A DNA stretch of 63,998 bases, counting the filler, from Sphacelaria rigidula (taxonomy: Eukaryota): the NCBI GenBank assembly GCA_964200075.2. It is 11 parts of 11 records of this genome, joined end to end, with 100 filler letters (N's around TTAATTAATTAA, not from the genome) between each part and the next. Parts side by side here need not be neighbours in the genome. Positions count along the whole stretch, not along the records: positions 17,483 to 23,209 come from CAXNAA020024921.1; positions 23,310 to 29,036 come from CAXNAA020024922.1; positions 29,137 to 34,863 come from CAXNAA020024923.1; positions 34,964 to 40,690 come from CAXNAA020024924.1; 7 more parts are not named here. One strand, given 5' to 3'. The notes below the pieces were generated by a model. That model made no database searches. It was not told where the DNA came from and saw nothing but the letters and a program-made list of their open reading frames with translations. Each line of letters starts with the position of its first letter. Position 1 is the stretch's first letter. The position numbers were made by a program, and so were the translations under genes. Positions 22,995 through 35,099 of the stretch are shown in pieces.

Positions 22995-25900
22995 GGGAAA
23001 CTGCGAATTAAACTTATTGGCGTATGTACGTAAATTACGGAACTATCGTGATTGCAGTTTCGGTGGCCATCACGCTGATATATTTTTATTATGTAAAACA
23101 CCAGCTACGCCAAAGACGGAAGGGCGGTGGCCCTTCCCGCATCTAACAGGGTTGCCAGAAAAATGAGAAGGTATTTTGAAATGAGAATCAACCGCTCCCC
23201 GGGATTGTGNNNNNNNNNNNNNNNNNNNNNNNNNNNNNNNNNNNNNNNNNNNNTTAATTAATTAANNNNNNNNNNNNNNNNNNNNNNNNNNNNNNNNNNN
23301 NNNNNNNNNCGGGGTACCCACTCTCCCTTTTTTTTCCCCTCGCGTCATCCCCTTTTTCGCCACACCCCCCCCCCCCCCCCTAGATTTTCGCTCCATCTAT
23401 CCCCTCTGAAACACAGGATGGTCGCCGTGGACTTCTAGTCGCTGTTTCTTACGGGTATTGAGGAATGCAGTGGTTTGAGAAGAGAAGGTGGCGTCTCCTA
23501 CACTTTTTGTGGACGCGTTTTTTTCAAGCAGCTTCTCGTGGAGTTGAAGTTCTGTTCCCTAACTGGCAGGCGTGAAATATTCGGTGACGAGGTTGTACTT
23601 AATTGTGTATGAACTACAGACCTGCAAACTGCACGTACACAGTGAAAAAGGCAAAGAAGAGTATTACATGTCATCGCGCACAGGGGAAATTAGGTGCCAT
23701 CAGGCACTGCATTGCAAGGATAGTAGGTAGCCCCGAAGTGACCGGCAATTCGTCGGCGATAAGACCCTCACGGGCAGTCCCCAACGATTGATTCCTCGCC
23801 ATCATCATCAGTATGATATTGTCATCAGCGGCATTTTTTTACTCGGTATAAATACAAATCACGAACAGTCAAAAATCAGAGAAGCGATCACAGTCATCAG
23901 CTTGTTGTGAAGCTGGTTCACCCTGGCCGACCCAATTGCCATGAGGCACTCGCGAGACCCATACAGTCTATCCAGACCACGTATTCCTACCGTGCCGCGT
24001 GCATAATATGGGGCGTTTTTTTCGGCTATGATGTTTTCTCGAACAACTCTGGTCTAGTTTGAAAAAATGGGGGTGTTTCTAAAATTGGTGTCCGAGGAGT
24101 GGCTTCAGTTAAGAAACGCACCCACAATTCCCAGGAGCACATGCCACAAAACTCCGTTTCACCCTGAATCACCGGGAGGTGGTAGTGGAGGGGGGCGGGT
24201 GCTACGCAACGGCCGCGTTATCATAATATCGGAGTTATACTATGCTGTGATCCGAAAAAAAAAAATGGCTACCTGGGCATGACCAGGGCTGAACAGCAAC
24301 CCAAAGGCCTTTGTACCAGCCACTTAGATGCAAAAAGACGCTCTTCTGCAACGTTGGCAACTACAAAAACACACAGGTGCCTTCCTTGGCCGCCCGTTGC
24401 TCCTGTATGCGCAGTCGCTTGGCAGCATCCCTACAATCTACGTGAGTTCGTGCCCTCGTACACAAACCTACGAGCGCGCAGGCGGTGGCTGACGGCTGAG
24501 CCAACGTAAGTTGGACGTGCGTCAAAATATACACATGAAACTCGATATCCGCGTCAACTTGAGGGTCCATTTGTGCCCGCACCAATGTTGGGTGAGTGGT
24601 CCACCTGCGAGTGCTTCACTTTTGTATAGTTTTCAAATCACCAAAAGACCTTTGACGTTACTCCCCCCCTTCAAGATATTTCGCCACGGGACTCACAGCA
24701 AGCGAAGTGTGCCGAAACGTGGCTTGGCATACAAGGGGTTAACCCTTAGACCGCGAGGAGGGTATTAATAGTCCATCTGGATCATGCATACTTTTCTCGA
24801 GTAAAAGTGATGCCGACCAAACAGATAGCCTACTCTCGCCGTCCAAGGGTTAAACTCGGCATGACCTCATCTTACGGACGACGATTTGGCGTCATGGTTT
24901 CAGTTGTACACTTTTGGGGCCGACGTTTAGGATATCCAGCTGGAGTAAAGTGGTACAGTTCCCGACTATCTCATTCTTCGGACAAAAACAAAATGATGAC
25001 GCAGCGGGGTTGTTCGTACCGCGGGTTTCAGCGCGTGGTGTAAACTTTCGAGGGGGCTCACACGCAAAAATTGTTTAACACCCCGTACTCACGTTCAGGC
25101 AGATTTTGTTTTTCTGGGGGGGGCGTACTCATTTGTTGCTTGCTTTAGTCGTTTGACCATTGACCACGCATTCCTTTCGAGACGGAGCATTGCTGCTTCT
25201 AATAGAGACAGCTCCAACATTTGGGTGCTCATTACGTTTTTTCATACATATACACAACAACCTTTCACGTATCTTATCCCCGTCTTGGGGGGGAGTTGAA
25301 TTCAAAGTAAGTAAGCTGCCAGACGTAGACAGACCACTGAAACGGAAGTTGATTCGCATCCTGTTTTTTTTTCACCAAAGGAGAAGTATGCCCATTGTGT
25401 TGAAGAGATGGTTCAAGTCGATAGCGAGTCAGTATCGAACTGATGCGGTAAGTACCAAAAACATATTGAGGCGGCTGAGTGATGGAGTTCCCTGTAGACT
25501 ATGCCGCACCCAATGGAACGGGCGTCGGTAAAGATCGCTTCGCCTCACGACTCATATCTGCACGTTAAATCACTACCATGGCTAATGAAGCGACTTATAG
25601 AGACCTCCATCCTGCTTCCTTTTGGTGGTTTCCGTCCGACGTGTCATGCATTCCGTGAACCCCCGGAGCCCCCGGAGCCCTAAAGGACAGCCATTTGGGC
25701 GCATTTGGAACAGTCACGTTTGGTTGAGAGAACGCCTTTATCGAAAAGGTCGTCGCCGCGCGTATGCCGCGCGTCATCGTCGTTCGTGCGTACGCCAGGA
25801 TTAGCAGCGCCTGCTGTCTCGGGATAGCAGTGAAAATGTCGCGTCAATGTTGGTACCGTGCATAGATGTGGATATGAATGATTACATATTTAAAAAAAAA

Positions 25901-26689
25901 AACTATTGCTGAAGAACTGAACGGCGTAGTATGATTGGTGTTCTGTGAACTACGTGGCATTGTCTGCACGCAAGGTATACAGGTATAAGTGTTTGGCGGT
26001 TCTACAGAGAGGGGGTTGCTTCACCTATGTCAGTTGACAAAGGGAACCGGGCTCCACTGTCTCGGTAGCAGCAAACTCTACGAAGGTTACACAGCAGCGA
26101 TGGTGAAACACACTTGCGCCGTGCAGCAAAATAAATAAGTTGATAGTTTTCACAGGCGCTTTATGGCCAACACGCGGTCTCTTCTTCACACGGAAAGCTG
26201 ATGGAAAGCTGTCAAGAGCTTGTTGGAGAGTTTTGAGAGTCTTGAGAGTGGCAGCTGAGGGCTATCCCAATCTATAAATTCTCGAAGTAGACTCTTCGTA
26301 CCATAAAACTGAACGTCCAAAGAGTTGATGCTACATAATCTATGTTTCAACCTACGAACCTAGCTTCTCGTTACTCTGACACGTCTTCACTCAATCCTTA
26401 TAGTACGTTGGATATTTGCCTTGCCCCGACCATCATGTGGCCCAATGGTTCCGTTCGTATGGTCAGTTTGTTCGATACTACTTCGTAATTGCTAAGTTCA
26501 AACGCAATGAGTTAAGCCGTGTAATTTGTTGTATATATTACTTGCATTTGTTTATCTCGGTGAGGGTGTACGTGTTGCAGGAGGCACATGCAGATGTCGT
26601 CGGGTGTTTTTGTGCGTGCAGCTTGTGGAATATGCCCCCCCCCACCCTCCACAACAAACTGAGCAGGACGAGCACAAATTGACACACAC

Positions 26690-27158
26690 AACACTATATT
26701 CGTGAGATTCAAAGTGTAAGATCGGATTCAGGGTGAGACCCGACACAATGGGCTTTCCCGTCGATTTTGACATCGCCACAGTTCGAGGAGCAATGCGCCC
26801 AGCTGGTGAAGCGGTGGCTTCAATGAAAGCTGTCACCTACACGATCAATTTGATACATCACTTGATCGCAACGACGTAGTCAGTCGATTGCAACAGAAGA
26901 TCCCCTCTTCCAGGAAAAATCGAATAGTGCCTGAAACAGTATCAGTTCCGAAATGCCCCCCCCCCCAGGCGTAAAAATGCTTTGTGCGGTATCTCACCAA
27001 CCAGACCGCCGAATTCCTCGAATGGGGTACTGTACGGTAGCTGCATGCACAGGAAGTGTGCTCGAGCAAAAAAACGAGAAAAAAAGTTGCCTGTAAGGAA
27101 CGCTAGAGCATCCACTCTGAATCCGATATTACGCTCTGAATCTCACGAATATAGTGTT
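26690..27158. mobile_element. 469-bp MITE with ~45-bp TIRs, AACAC...GTGTT ends and imperfect 4-bp TSD ACAC/ACTC
   Basis: aacactatattcgtgagattcaaagtgtaagatcggattcagggtg is inverted at cactctgaatccgatattacgctctgaatctcacgaatatagtgtt. Confidence 0.85.
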
Positions 27159-28189
27159 ACTCGCGTTCAGCGTTCCGATCGGAACAGTTTGGAATACATG
27201 TCATTATATGCGGCGTATAATCGGAACCTGCTCAATGTACGGCGGCGCAGTGATGAAAGGAATGCTACGAAGAATGATATCCTCATTCCCAATACTTGAA
27301 TATTAATTCAATGAAACGTACCGCTCCCCATCAATAGTCGTTCAGCTGGGGACTGTAGATGTAAACGTGTTCCAGAACGTCATTCGCTAGGGAAGATGAT
27401 TTCTTGAATCGGCATAGTCTACAGTATTTACACTTGACATTCAGACATGTCTGTTTGATGCATCAACTGAACACATCAAAACAAAGTGTTCCTATTGAAA
27501 GCTCAGGCTCAATCAAATGCTGTATGGAAAGGTGATTCCTCGACAGACTTGTAGGCGCTTTTCCTGTATATTTGATGGTTCCATGTCGCCCCCCCCCTCC
27601 CCCCCCATTCATGAGCATCTTCTTTTGTTTTTGAAACGCGAAGAGTCTTGAAAGGTAAACCTTTTTCGCCTGCTAGTGGTGAGGATGTATACATTTTCCA
27701 CAGATTTTTTAGGTGTGTTGGTGTTTCACAAGCAAGTCATGCTTTGTACACGTTAGGCATGGATGGGGTGTCCCACGCAACGGGGACATAGGCTACGTAG
27801 ATGGTCAGGCGATCTACACATGTTCACTGTCACATTGCATAACTACCTGCCATATGCATACTACGTAATGAACACGCGACCTAACTCTAAAGATGCTTGA
27901 TACACATTGCTTGCCTGTTGCAGTCCGATAGCGGCGGAGAGACGGGGCACGCACGCACAGCGTTCAGAATGTAGGTTATTCCCTCGTGAAGGGTGGGTGG
28001 TGTCGTATTCAGTGTTCAGCAGTGGTCGAGTGCACTCCATAGTCTTCTCTAAAGGGTCATTATTTACCCTGTAACATTGGGTCTTCAAGCCATGAATTTC
28101 CACAGAAGCTTTTTCCGCGAGTCTATCAACTCTGCTTCGAAGTTCTCCACCATTTGATTGTGTGTTGCACCATTTTTACGGCTCCGTCG

Positions 28190-28830
28190 GACAGATCATT
28201 ATTATCTGTGTCACCCGGGTTATACAGATAGAGTGTGAACACATTTGTGTACACGATGCGGATGACACAGTGCAGCTAGTTATGAAACGGTTCCCCCGTT
28301 CCGGTTATCATTGATTACGAGGGAGGGTTCTTGAATGAGTCATGAGGGTTTCACCAGTTCTTACGGCTTTTTTGAGCAGACCTGATTCGGATTCCGCAGA
28401 TGTGCTGAAGGAGGCGATGTACGGATATAATGGAGTATGTATGCACATCACTCATGGTAACCCAGTACAAGCAACTCGGGTCATACAGATCACCATCAAG
28501 GGGACTTGTGCGAATCACACGGGTCATACAGATCAACTATATAGCCATGTGTACAGAGCAACCGGATTCTTCAGATCACCATCCGACAAATGTATATCGG
28601 TCAAACGGGTCATACGGATATCACTCGCAGATCGCAAATACCGTACGGCTAATCATCGGGCGGGCTTGCGGTAGCCACCTGTGCTGCATAAACACCGGCA
28701 ATGTACACTTCGATGGCTCTCCCGGGAAAGTTTTTTCAGACACTGGCCGAACAGCGTCATGATGTATGTGTCAATTGAGCATCGACATATAGCGAACCTT
28801 CCTTTTCCAGCCGCAAATGAGCGCGCACCC
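28190..28830. repeat. Dispersed repeat, inverted copy at ~44380-45020
   Basis: agtgtgaacac...tgcagctagttatgaaacggt...cgggtcatacggat...cttgcgg...ccggcaatgtacac matches the reverse complement of the contig 8 segment. Confidence 0.8.
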
Positions 28831-28873
28831 TGAACGAGGAAATACGGAAACAGTCGTCCATACTGCTGTTGGC

Positions 28874-28935
28874 TGTGACGGTTTAAGAGACAACCAACTA
28901 GACTACTGACCGAGTCAGCGCTCTTAAACCGTCAA
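28874..28935. mobile_element. Internally deleted copy of the TGTGACGG palindromic element
   Basis: tgtgacggtttaagagacaaccaactagactactgac...ctcttaaaccgtca; full copies at 52445-52610. Confidence 0.8.
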
Positions 28936-29939
28936 ATAAGTTAGTCGCTGGTTCGATTCCCGTCGGACGCACTTTCTTTGAAAAAAAAGAGGAGAGAAAA
29001 CCTCTGGTAAAAAGTTGACCCCAAGGAGAGAAAACGNNNNNNNNNNNNNNNNNNNNNNNNNNNNNNNNNNNNNNNNNNNNTTAATTAATTAANNNNNNNN
29101 NNNNNNNNNNNNNNNNNNNNNNNNNNNNNNNNNNNNAGGTCAGTCGGTTGTCCAACATCGACAGTAAAAGAAGCACCAAAAAAACCAAAACGAAGGACTA
29201 CTGTGAAAACGTGCTACGCAGGGCGTGGCGCTGATATGAACATGTGCGGTATGAAGCGTGATGCCACTCAAAAATACTAGAACTTGATGTAAAGGTATAG
29301 GCATACATGTGAGGGAGCCGTATCGCTAGAGTAGTCAGAGACCTACGGGGGAAGACTGCCGTCCTGATGCTGAAGGAACTCCGAGGCTGGCGATGATTTC
29401 CTCTTGTATATGTAGGCAAGAAATGGGGTCAGACGAGAAGTGATGGCCAGGGGCGACCAGGACCTCGGAGCATGTTGGACCGTCCTAATATGAGGCTCTT
29501 CCTGGCATCACCCCGAGTTGTCTAGCTACGTCGGCATTACAGGGTTCTCGGTAATCTGGTCCTTCCGGATCGTTCTTACCTCGTACCTGCTTGCGCTGGG
29601 TCTGCATACATGTGTGGCATCAGTCTCTGATATGTCACTGCTCAGAGGTATCCTCCACATTTCCCCTCCCTTTATGCGCCTCTAGCCCGTCGAGGCTATG
29701 GCTGGTGGGACGAGGCGATCATCAGCTTCGCTGATGATATAACCATGGAAGTTTCTTTGAGTGACAATCATTGATTGAGTCCCGCCACCACAAATCGCAA
29801 AGGTAGCCCTTCTCTATACTGTGGTATTGAGTGAACACCCCCAGTAAATTTGAGCTACCTTTGGTCAGTAACAGTGCATGTATTCCAAACCCTTTTTATT
29901 TTTTTTGTCATGTAGTTGTCATATGTGACATGTTTCCAT

Positions 29940-30770
29940 CAGATGTTTTTGCACTTGGGTGCTAGTTGCATCTGCTGGTATGCATGACTGGGCACTGGGA
30001 CACTGATCGGCCCACGGGCGCCTGGGTTATTCCTGCCCGGGTTCTGGGATGCCTTCGGTTCCGCGGACACCTGAGTAGGGTTAAGTCTCGCGTTAGTAAC
30101 AAGACGGTGTTGAAGATACATATATGTATTCTTTTTTCTTCACCTGTGAACACTGTGCTCCTTTGGCTAAACACGATCAAAATAATCTTAGCTTCTTGCA
30201 TTGTGTCAAATAGATTATCAAGTGTGACACATTTTTTTATGGGATGCTTTTGCACTTTCGTGCAGGCTGCATCAGTTAGGGTATACCTGACTAGGCCCTG
30301 GGACACCGACCGGTCCACCGGCGCTTGGGGTATTCCTGCCCGGGTTCTGGGATGCCTTCGGTTCCACTGACACCGGTGTATAGGACAAAGTCCTTGCGTT
30401 AGTACTAAAGCGGTGGGTCTGATGTTTATCTTGCGAGCATTGTGCTCTTTGGTGAAACATCGACATGATATTTGCTTCATATAAGTTTGTGTCATATAAG
30501 TCTGTGTCATATAAGTGTGTCCCGTGCGATCTATTTCCACAAGATGCGTTGCACTTTGTTGCTGGATGCATCCGCTGTTTCTACATGCCTGGGCACTGGG
30601 ACACTGATCGGTCCACGGGCGCCTGGGTTTTTCATGTTCGGGTTCTGCGATACCTTCGGTTCCGCTGACACCGAAATAGTACAACGTCCTCGTGTTAGAA
30701 ACAAAGCGGTGCATACGATGTTTCGGCCTGTGAGCATTGTGCTTTTATTTTGTCTGAACATCGTCAAAAT
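29940..30770. repeat. ~300-bp tandem repeat x3 in the retrotransposon 3' region; a second ~243-bp duplication at 30915-31310
   Basis: ctgggacac.ga.cgg.ccac.ggcgc.tggg..ttc...cgggttctg.gat.ccttcggttcc at ~29995, 30298 and 30596; gagcgttttgctaggacgctcgaacagtctgt at ~30955 and ~31199. Confidence 0.85.
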
Positions 30771-31828
30771 GATCAGCACTACCCCGATTGCTGAGCGGTT
30801 ATCTTCCTTGGGAAGTTGCACTCCAGTCACCGTTGACATGTCAGATATTTTCCCGTTCATGTCTGCATTGTTCTAACGCCGTTTTCCGTTCTATTCTCTT
30901 GTTGTGACTCTCCTTGATCTCCGAATTGCGACCCCAAGCTACTGCTCAAACCCTGAGCGTTTTGCTAGGACGCTCGAACAGTCTGTAGAATAGTCACATC
31001 CGTTTCCGTTACCCGGTATTTGTTTGGTTTGGACTCCGGATGTGAGCGCATTGCTAACCCGATATCATGACGGTTTATATCGAGGAGGTGCTACTTTGTG
31101 ATGTTGCGTCAGCTCGATAGCTTAGGTCAGCTGCTGGGCTGTAGCTTTTTAGTCTCCTTAATCTCCGAATTTTGACCTCAGGTTACTGCTCAACCCTTGA
31201 GCGTTTTGCTAGGACGCTCGAACAGTCTGTTGAGCAGTCCCATCCGTTCCCGTTTTCTTATAGTTTTAGATTCCGAGTCCGGATGTGAGCATTCAGCTAA
31301 CCCTTTGTCAAAGTCCGGTGCTGAGCAATTTTACGGTAGGTCAGGTCAGCCGCTGGGCCGTAGCCCTGGAGTCTCAACAGATATTGATCGTTGTAACGGC
31401 TTCTTCGACTTGGGCCTGGCGCGTGACCTACCACGTTTTCGGCGGCGCAACGTTTTATTGTAGGCAATGTTTTGTGTGGTTGATCTCTCTGGTAGAGGTA
31501 TCTGTTTGTCTAGGAACAACTCGCTCGATTTATCGACATCTGATGCCGGTGGTGTTCCCCACGGGTGATATTTCGTCAAGTGAGCGGGATGTACTGTCAT
31601 TTCTTCAAAGTCATCGCCTATTTTGATTATGTGCCCAACCGACGATCGTCTCTCTGTGATCATGAAAGGTCCTCTTCATGGTGATTGGAGTTCGGTTTCG
31701 GCCTTCCTGAGTCCTGGTATGGTGGGTACAACAGTCCCTTTTGACCGGATTTGAACACTGGGATAGATTTGAATGTGCTCTTGTTTTCTTGCTCGTTCGC
31801 TCTTTCTCGTAGGGCTTGTCTCGAAATT

Positions 31829-32600
31829 TCAAATCCAAGCTGTAGGTTTTTCCTGTTTTTCCTTGGAAAATTCTTCGGGTGGTGCTGCTTGGCTCTTTTC
31901 AGGTTTGCTGAGTATAATGTCAATTGGTGATCTGGGCTGTCTTCCGAACAATAAAAAATATGGTATCTCTTGTACTGTACTTGTGATAGGATGTGTTGAC
32001 GCCATTTGGATGAACGGAAGTATGGGTGCCCAATGTTTGTTTCCAATTGACCTAAGCATAGCTAACATCGCGTGCATAGTGGAGTGGATCCGTTCCGACA
32101 TTGAATTCCTTTGCGGGTGTACAAGTGTCGTGCGAGGTTTATTGAAGCCCAGCTTCTGTTACCATGCATATGTTAGCTTGTTCCCGATTTCGGTTCTTTA
32201 ATTCGAACGCAGCTTTCCCGGGATGCCAAATGCAGGCAAGACTCTGTCAATTATAGTTTTGGCTATATTGACGTGGTCTGTTTTTTCGGCACCGGAATGA
32301 GCAAAGCATACCTTGTGAGGTGGTCCAACGCGGACAGTACATATTTAGTATTCCAGCTTTTGACATCGCAGGTGTTTTTCATTCGACTGGGTTTGCTGGC
32401 GCTCTTTCGTATAGCCGTCCTACTGTAACGTGTCCCATCGGCAAATTCTGGCCGGTTGTTAACCGTTTTCCCGGCGTTGGCAACCCTGACATAGTGTGCG
32501 CATTCCCGTCTTCGCTCGTTTTGCAATTTTTTCCGCGGTTGACTGACAGCTCTCGGTCACTTCGCACTAGTTTCAAACGGTCGAGTCTCTCAGCTGATAT
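31829..32600 (-). pseudogene. Retroviral-type integrase remnant
   Basis: rve motifs are spread over several frames with stops. Confidence 0.85.
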
Positions 32601-34963
32601 TTGACGGTGATATGTGGTTCGGCTATTTGCAACGCATGGTCTTTTGGCACGTTACCACATAGTTGTAGTAGCGCAAATAGTCGTGAGAGGGTATGCGGAA
32701 TAACATGAAGTTTCTCCGGTTTTTGTCCCTTACCATTATCATGAAGTTTTACCGGGGTTTACATGTCGGCTCGACAGGTTGGCGATTTGTACCATTCCGT
32801 TTTATTCGTTGCCGACCCCGTGCACCCTGTCTTTGCTACCATGATGCGCGTGAACGCTTGGGGTACCTCGGGTGATCGAATGTTTTCTTCGGTTATTATG
32901 CGTGGCTCTGTGACAGCTGCTGTTGTTGTTGATGGGTATTTTCCGTCCAACTAATACTACCATCTCACTCTGCCGAGGCACATTGCATTTCTTCGTGAGA
33001 AAACTGGAACAGCGTTTGAACAGTTCACACTGACTACAGAACAGTGCGTCGTTTTGGGATGTGTTGCCTTTTGTGAACGCTGTTGTTTTCGATGCGATGC
33101 TTTGATTTTTATACCGGAGTCACGGAATGTCAACTCTTCCACTTGCCAGTCGAGTATAGCTTGGAAAGCACTCATCGTGGAGTCCCAGGTTAGGTCATAC
33201 AAACGCTTCTCCTGGTAGGATTTTTATCTCTAAAGTAAACTCGAAACGAATGAACCCCAGGATTTTATTTTATGGGTGAGCCGGTTGTGCTTCTGAGATC
33301 CATAGATCCCGGCGGTACTGGCTTCATATCAGCTGCCATGATGGCCAAATGTTTATAGATGAACTTCTGCTGATACCCTGTACATCCTGCTGCGGAATCG
33401 ATTGTGATTTTTTTCAGCGAGGGTACCGTTTACTCTGGCTGCGACTCTAACGCGGCTGATGCACAGGATAACGCCATTATAGGGGCGCATCTCTATACCT
33501 GGCGAGCGGTGATGCGTTGTATGAGTCATAACAGTGATCGTCCAAGATCGGGTTGAAAAAAAAGGAAGACTGGTGTTTCGATTTGGAATCAGCCCCTGTC
33601 AATAACATCGCTGTTTTTCTAGCTGCCGGTTGAAATTTGTCCGCGTGGAATGTAAGGTTGCCGATTCATTGGGGTACGGCGGAGAATGTAACATGATGAC
33701 AGCCTCCACAGGCTGAGCTTCAATTTCGGCGATGATAGCCCTTTGTGGTGTATTCATTTTTATACGGCTGCTCTGACGGCTGCTTAGGAACCCACTCTCA
33801 TCGTGCTCTTTTCCAGCTTCTGTTTATAGTATGTATTTTCACATCCCAATTGGGGGCTGTTTTGGTGCCCGCCTGGAGGAGTGATTGTACTGACCAGAAA
33901 ACCCGCTTCTTTCCGATATATATATACATATAAATTCACCAGACGATTGACACTTTTCTCCATTTTATGCGTTCTAAGGTGGGCTGGGATGCGGTAATAC
34001 CATCCAATACACCTCCTTCTTCCGCTTGCTACATGGTAGGGAATGACAAGGTCGTGCATTCGCAGGTTGGGTCAATTTGCTTGTTAGTGCTATTTTGAGT
34101 CACTGCGTTTCGAGAGGTCGGCCTGCTTGATTAATTGCCGTGCCTATCGTGCGATGGTGATGGAAGTTTGGTTGATGAGTGTGGATTCGCTGTTTAATCA
34201 GCCGTTCTGGTGACTTGTGATGCACGCTGATGGAACTAATTTCGCGTTTTCGCTGTTTGACTAGCCATACAGGTGACATATACTGTACCCTGAGGAGTCT
34301 AAAATTGCGTTTTGCTCTTTGATTAGTCATGCGAGTGACATATTAATGCACATTGAGGGGGCTCATTTCGCGTTGATCCAAACACATGACTCCAATAACC
34401 TCTCAACTCGAATAATTAAGCACACGATCCATACGTTTAAATAGCGTTCCTTGGGTGATCCTAGTATTTCCGGTGTCGGGGAGCAGTCGGTTCTCGTTCC
34501 AATGTTTTTACTTCTAAGACCTGCCTTGCTTGAGTTCTGTTCTGGTGTCGCCAGTGTGAGGGAGGCGTATCGCTAGAGTAGTCAGAGACCTACGGGGGGA
34601 GACTGCCGTCCTGACGCCGAAGGAACTCCGAGGCTGGCGATGATTTCCTCTTGTATATGTAGGCAAGAAATGGGGTCAGACGAGAAGTGATGGCCAGGGG
34701 CGACCAGGACCTCGGGGGATGCTGGACCGTCCTAATATGAGGCTCTTCCTGGCATCACCCCGAGTTGTCTAGTTACGTCGGCATTACAGGGTTCTCGGTA
34801 ATCTGGTCCTTCCGGATCGTTCTTACCTCGTACCTGCTTGCGCTGGGTCTGCATACATGTGTGNNNNNNNNNNNNNNNNNNNNNNNNNNNNNNNNNNNNN
34901 NNNNNNNTTAATTAATTAANNNNNNNNNNNNNNNNNNNNNNNNNNNNNNNNNNNNNNNNNNNN

Positions 34964-35035
34964 GTGTGGGGAAAACACTGTTTCAGGCTTGAACCTCATC
35001 TCGGAGTTAAACCTCAATTCGCACAATTTGTTGTT
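34964..35035 (-). mobile_element. AACA-family transposon terminus (reverse), abutting the gag-like remnant
   Basis: Reverse complement of 11481-11552. Confidence 0.75.
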
Positions 35036-35099
35036 GGTTGTTGTTGTGTCGGCGCTCGCGATTAGAGTGATAGTTGCCACGAGAATTCGAATGGTGGCG

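Larger units (their letters stand above)
29308..34863 (-). mobile_element. Ty3/gypsy LTR retrotransposon with degenerate internal region; 3' LTR 29308-29659, 5' LTR from 34555 to contig end
   Basis: Direct repeats with 8 mismatches in 309 bp. LTR ends TGTGAGGGA...TCCTCCACA. PPT aagggaggggaaa (minus, 29660-29672) and PBS TGGCGACACCAG (minus, 34542-34553). Integrase remnants KYVLSALDHLTRYALLIPVP, ERIHSTMHAML...WAPILPFIQ and PYFLLFGRQPRSPID. Confidence 0.92.

Noticed and set aside
34964..35046. LINE tail with (TTG)n end
   Set aside because: It aligns in register with the TIR of the 15236-15650 foldback element, so it is better explained as a DNA-transposon end.
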